A stretch of DNA of 24,217 bases from an uncultured Fibrobacterales bacterium (GTDB taxonomy: Bacteria; Fibrobacterota; Fibrobacteria; Fibrobacterales; CAWVXU01): NCBI GenBank assembly GCA_963934255.1, contig CAWVXU010000037.1, positions 1-24,217 of the forward strand, in the 5' to 3' direction. Made by a program: the position numbers and the translations under genes. A model generated the notes under the pieces. It was not told where the DNA came from and ran no database searches. It was given only the letters and a program-made list of their open reading frames with translations. Below, piece by piece: positions 18,030-24,217 of the stretch (the stretch's first letter is position 1; every line of letters begins with the position of its first letter).

Positions 18030-19214
18030 TTAAAGTATGGTTCTCATTTTCCATAAAATTGAAGGACTCGAGGTCAATGTGGCCCATAAAATCCTAGGCA
18101 GAGTTAATTTATCTTCAGGTAATTTTGATAGTTTAAGTGCTGCTTTATTAAATGTCTTATCTGGTATTTCAGCAAAAGGCCATTTGGCTTTAGCTAATTT
18201 TTCATGAGACTTGCCTTTATAGCTCATCCATTTATTCAGCACATCAGCATAAATCTGAGCCTCTTCAGCCTTAGCGGGGTTTTCTAATAATTGTAAAATT
18301 GCTTCTGCAGCATTGCGCCCGCCATTCATTGCTTCTAAAATTCCAGCACGAGATATGGGGTTGACACCATTAGTGCAGTCACCTGCCTTAAATAGTTGGT
18401 TTACACCATGAGGCTCTCTTGTTTGACCACAAGCAATTGGCCCGCCATGAAGATTAGGCTTTGGAGCACCTGGATTAAACTTATCGCAGAAGATATCAAA
18501 CATCCTGCGAGGTGCATGAGTCTTGACATACGGACGTCCAACACAGATTCCCACGTTGGCAACGTCTTCATCACGCGGAAAAACCCAACCATAGCCCCCA
18601 GGTGCAAAGTTCTGCCCAAAATACAGTTCTATATAGCGAGGATCATAATCCCAGCCTTCCATTAATCCAAAAACTGCAGGCTCAATATCAAATTTACCAT
18701 CAACTACACCTGAATCGGGTACTAGTCGTGAGCCTGCCCCACTAGAATCAATCACAAATTTGGCTTGAATATTGAGCATTTCCTCCCCCTGCTTCACAGA
18801 AAGATTCCTTTTTCCGTTAGTAAATTCAGAAATGCTCTTTACGAGAGAGCGAAAATGAACATGAACGCCAGCCTCAGCACACCGCTCAGCTAGAGAGCGG
18901 TGCATTTTAGCTCGATCAATGATCAAACCCGAATTTTTCTGTGTATACTTGACTTTTGTCCCATCCGGACTAACAAAAACGACACCATCAACTTCGGTTC
19001 TAATCCATGATTCATCCACATCAAGGAGCGAATATAACCCTCCTTTATGCACAGCCTCAGCGCATGCAACAGGTTCTCGCCAAGGGTCACGCTTGTCAAG
19101 TAAGGCAATTTTTAGGTTCTTATTAGCAGAAGCGAGATGAAGGCCCGCAATTAAACCTGCAGGACCTGACCCACAGATAACAACGTCGTAATTTTCTTCT
19201 ATTCTATGATTCAT
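18030..19214 (-). CDS. Geranylgeranyl reductase family FAD oxidoreductase (DGGR-like)
   Basis: YDVVICGSGPAG, PVACAEAV, IIDRAKM, PGGYGWVFP (PxxYxWxFP), ANVGI and AGDCTNGVNPISRAGI. Start placed at ATG 19214 rather than TTG 19274. Confidence 0.88.
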   Translation of the reverse strand: MNHRIEENYDVVICGSGPAGLIAGLHLASANKNLKIALLDKRDPWREPVACAEAVHKGGLYSLLDVDESWIRTEVDGVVFVSPDGTKVKYTQKNSGLIIDRAKMHRSLAERCAEAGVHVHFRSLVKSISEFTNGKRNLSVKQGEEMLNIQAKFVIDSSGAGSRLVPDSGVVDGKFDIEPAVFGLMEGWDYDPRYIELYFGQNFAPGGYGWVFPRDEDVANVGICVGRPYVKTHAPRRMFDIFCDKFNPGAPKPNLHGGPIACGQTREPHGVNQLFKAGDCTNGVNPISRAGILEAMNGGRNAAEAILQLLENPAKAEEAQIYADVLNKWMSYKGKSHEKLAKAKWPFAEIPDKTFNKAALKLSKLPEDKLTLPRILWATLTSSPSILWKMRTIL

Positions 19215-19367
19215 GAACCCTACTTGGAGGAAATAATGGGACAAAAACTTGAATTTGAAGGTTAATTCCCTCAATTACAAGAAAAAATTAAAAAATTTCT
19301 AGTTTAATAGACCGAAACTCGGACTTTAGACTTATTTTAAAGTTCAAATGAACACAAAGGATTTGGG

Positions 19368-20693
19368 ATGAATTTGGTTATGAAAAATAAAATGACCGTT
19401 TCCAAAAGCGCGCTTATCGCCGCTCTTGCAGTAACACTATTAGGTACCGACGTATTTGCAGCTGATTTCGCTGGGCAAAAGCTCAACAAACGCTCTTTTC
19501 AAAGAAAAGCTGTAGATGATTTTAACTTTGAAAACGCAAATGCTGACTCCTCAAGTTTTCAAAATGCATATGGAACTTCTTTGAATTTCCAAAATGCATC
19601 ACTTGTTGGCACTCGCTTTAACAATGCTCAATTGACAGATGCTGATTTTAGAGGTGCAAACCTGACTACTGCAGAATTCAAAAGTGCATTTTTATCAAAT
19701 ATCGACTTTAGAGAGGCAAACCTTAGTGGAGCAAACCTGAAGAATGCAACATTTACAAATGGTGAGTTCTCTGATGGCAATTACAAGAAAGCCATATTAA
19801 GTGGATCTAAATTTACTGAAGGTGCAGATTTCTCAGGTTCAGATTTCACTGAAGCCAAACTTGAAGGCCTTGACCTTACAGCCGCAAACTTCAAGAACAC
19901 TAATTTAACAAAAGCAGACCTTAAAGGCTTAAGCCTCCCTGGTGGTAACTTTAGTGGCTCTATTTTTGAAAGTACTCGTCTAGATTACTCAAATCTTATT
20001 GGTGCAGACCTTTCAGATCTTAACTTCAAAAATGTTTCATTCAAAAAAGCCGGACTAAACAGAGTCGACTTAAGTGGGTCAACATTCACTGATGTGAACC
20101 TAACTTCAGCTGACATGTCACTTACTGATCTTGATGGAATTGATTTTTCAAAATCAAATATCACCAAAGCAAAGTTCTCTGGCTCAAATATTGAAGATAT
20201 GAGTTTTGTTGGGTTAACGATTACCGGAACAAACTGGGACAAAGCCAAAATATCTGATGTTCTTTTTGAAGGGGCTAAAGGTGAGAAAGCTTCATTCTAT
20301 GATTCTGAAATCTCTTCGTCTAACTTTTCAAAAGGTGAATTCAGAAAAGCAATCTTTGATGGTTCATTTATTGAAAAATCTCAGTTTGTGGGAACTGACT
20401 TAACCAAAGCTAACTTTTCAAACGCTAGTGTTGACAAAGTTATTTTTGACAAAGCCAAACTTGATGGTGTTAAATTTTACGGGGCTAAATTTGTTAAAGT
20501 TGGGTTCAATGGAGCGTCTCTTAAAGGTGTTAAGATGAATGCAGATACACGCATGTGGCAAGTTGACTTCAGTGGAGCTGATCTGACGGGCGCTAAGCTT
20601 AAAAAAGTTCAATTTCAAAACTGTATTTATGACCGAAAAACAAAATTCCCTTCTGGATTTAATCCCGCTAAAGCTGGATTTGTTAGAAGATAA
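19368..20693 (+). CDS. Exported pentapeptide-repeat protein
   Basis: AAGGA SD, signal peptide ending DVFA-A, about 390 aa of A[DN][LF]xx-type repeats, and C-terminal cap YDRKTKFPSGFNP. Confidence 0.93.
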   Translation: MNLVMKNKMTVSKSALIAALAVTLLGTDVFAADFAGQKLNKRSFQRKAVDDFNFENANADSSSFQNAYGTSLNFQNASLVGTRFNNAQLTDADFRGANLTTAEFKSAFLSNIDFREANLSGANLKNATFTNGEFSDGNYKKAILSGSKFTEGADFSGSDFTEAKLEGLDLTAANFKNTNLTKADLKGLSLPGGNFSGSIFESTRLDYSNLIGADLSDLNFKNVSFKKAGLNRVDLSGSTFTDVNLTSADMSLTDLDGIDFSKSNITKAKFSGSNIEDMSFVGLTITGTNWDKAKISDVLFEGAKGEKASFYDSEISSSNFSKGEFRKAIFDGSFIEKSQFVGTDLTKANFSNASVDKVIFDKAKLDGVKFYGAKFVKVGFNGASLKGVKMNADTRMWQVDFSGADLTGAKLKKVQFQNCIYDRKTKFPSGFNPAKAGFVRR

Positions 20694-20719
20694 ATTTGGT
20701 TTAAATCTGATTCGACCTC

Positions 20720-20753
20720 ATGGCCATTTACTTTTGTAAGTGGCCATTTTTTT
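20720..20753 (+). terminator. Rho-independent terminator
   Basis: Stem ATGGCCATTTAC-tttt-GTAAGTGGCCAT followed by a T tract. Confidence 0.88.
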
Positions 20754-20833
20754 ATCAAAATGACGACGTTATCATACTGAACGAACCAATGACAGCTTAC
20801 TTTAGGTGTACTCAGTCCATTTTTTAGACAATA

Positions 20834-20882
20834 TGTAGGTTTTTATAAACAAATCGTGGTGTAAGTTTTTTATAAGCACATC
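20834..20882. repeat. Imperfect 22/23-nt direct repeat upstream of the AP2 gene (candidate operator)
   Basis: TGTAGG-TTTTTATAAACAAATC (20834-20855) and TGTAAGTTTTTTATAAGCACATC (20860-20882) match at 19 of 23 aligned positions. Confidence 0.45.
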
Positions 20883-20935
20883 TATTGTTTTCTATGAAAT
20901 ACATTTTGTAAAAATTTAAACCAAGTGTTAAAATT

Positions 20936-21361
20936 ATGGCTTCAAAACATCCCAACATTACTCGACTAGATAACGGCCGCGAAAAAGGCTGGATAGTCAA
21001 AGTCAATTTTCAAACCAAGTCGCTTCGTAAACTGTTAACAGATAAAAAAAATGGTGGTAAACGTGCCGCTTTCAAAGCAGCACAAGAGCTTCGCCTGGAA
21101 TATTTAATTGAACTTGGCAAACCAGATACCCCTCGTAGAGTTTTGGGAAGCAACCCTCATAACACTTCTGGCATCCGCGGGGTTCGTAAGATTTGGAAAG
21201 GCACTGTTGAAGTTTATGAAGTCAACTGGCAATCAGCTCCTGGTAAAACTGCAAGAACTACTTTCTCTGTCAAAAAGTTTGGTGACAAAGAAGCAAAAAA
21301 GCTTGCTATTGGATTACGTAAATCGAAAGAAATTGAAATTTATGGCGCTGCTCTAGATTAA
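20936..21361 (+). CDS. Tandem AP2-domain DNA-binding protein
   Basis: Two AP2-like units: NITRLD...GWIVKV...KLLTDKKNGGKRAAFKAAQELR and NTSGIRGV...YEVNW...TTFSVKKFGDKEAKKLAIGLRK. Highly basic; no HNH or integrase domain. Confidence 0.8.
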   Translation: MASKHPNITRLDNGREKGWIVKVNFQTKSLRKLLTDKKNGGKRAAFKAAQELRLEYLIELGKPDTPRRVLGSNPHNTSGIRGVRKIWKGTVEVYEVNWQSAPGKTARTTFSVKKFGDKEAKKLAIGLRKSKEIEIYGAALD

Positions 21362-21399
21362 AACCATTTCTTTTATAAATTCTTCTATAAAAATAGAGG

Positions 21400-21429
21400 A
21401 AGGCCACCTAGTGTCTAGGTGGCCTTTTT
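21400..21429 (+). terminator. Rho-independent terminator after the AP2 gene
   Basis: Perfect 12-bp stem AAGGCCACCTAG-tgt-CTAGGTGGCCTT followed by TTT. Confidence 0.85.
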
Positions 21430-21442
21430 ATATTTAGGGCAT

Positions 21443-24217
<2,775 letters not shown>

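Noticed and set aside
19985..20618. Minus-strand ORFs within the pentapeptide gene
   Set aside because: Antisense shadows caused by repetitive codon usage.
19460..20630. Repetitive DNA suggestive of a CRISPR or tandem array
   Set aside because: The periodicity is at the protein level (pentapeptides) with diverged codons; there is no repeat-spacer structure and no cas gene.
19368..20693. Qnr/MfpA quinolone-resistance determinant
   Set aside because: It has a signal peptide and is about twice the length of those cytoplasmic gyrase-protecting proteins.
20754..21430. Mobile element or homing endonuclease around the AP2 gene
   Set aside because: No HNH motif, integrase, transposase, terminal inverted repeats or target-site duplication could be seen.
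21419..21442. GTG start extending radA
   Set aside because: It lies within the terminator hairpin; MKKAKTQFEC is the typical RadA N-terminus.

Overview
AT-rich chromosomal window from a Gram-negative (LptFG, BamD, CpoB) bacterium; an FCB-group/Fibrobacterota origin is my impression only. It is mostly housekeeping. In order: 5-formyl-THF cyclo-ligase (5' partial), carA, RlmB-like methyltransferase, membrane-anchored TPR protein, SRP RNA (ffs, minus strand), a coupled minus-strand operon lptF-lptG-GAF/GAF/GGEEF cyclase-tadA, divergent cpoB-bamD-52 aa Cys-rich protein-putative OMP, purC-purH-smg(DUF494)-trmFO-hypothetical, a small methyltransferase relic, a geranylgeranyl-reductase gene abutting a truncated maltokinase-like kinase, an exported pentapeptide-repeat protein, a stand-alone tandem AP2-domain protein, radA-tgt and the start of an RluA-type gene. 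No CRISPR array, tRNA, rRNA, IS or prophage was seen. The most unusual points are a PurH with a degenerate IMP-cyclohydrolase domain, the GGR plus kinase pair, the nuclease-free double-AP2 protein with an upstream direct repeat, an SRP RNA with a shortened tetraloop stem, a diguanylate cyclase embedded among essential genes, and an unannotated Zn-ribbon-like small ORF coupled to bamD. All family calls come from recognising motifs by eye; no searches were run.
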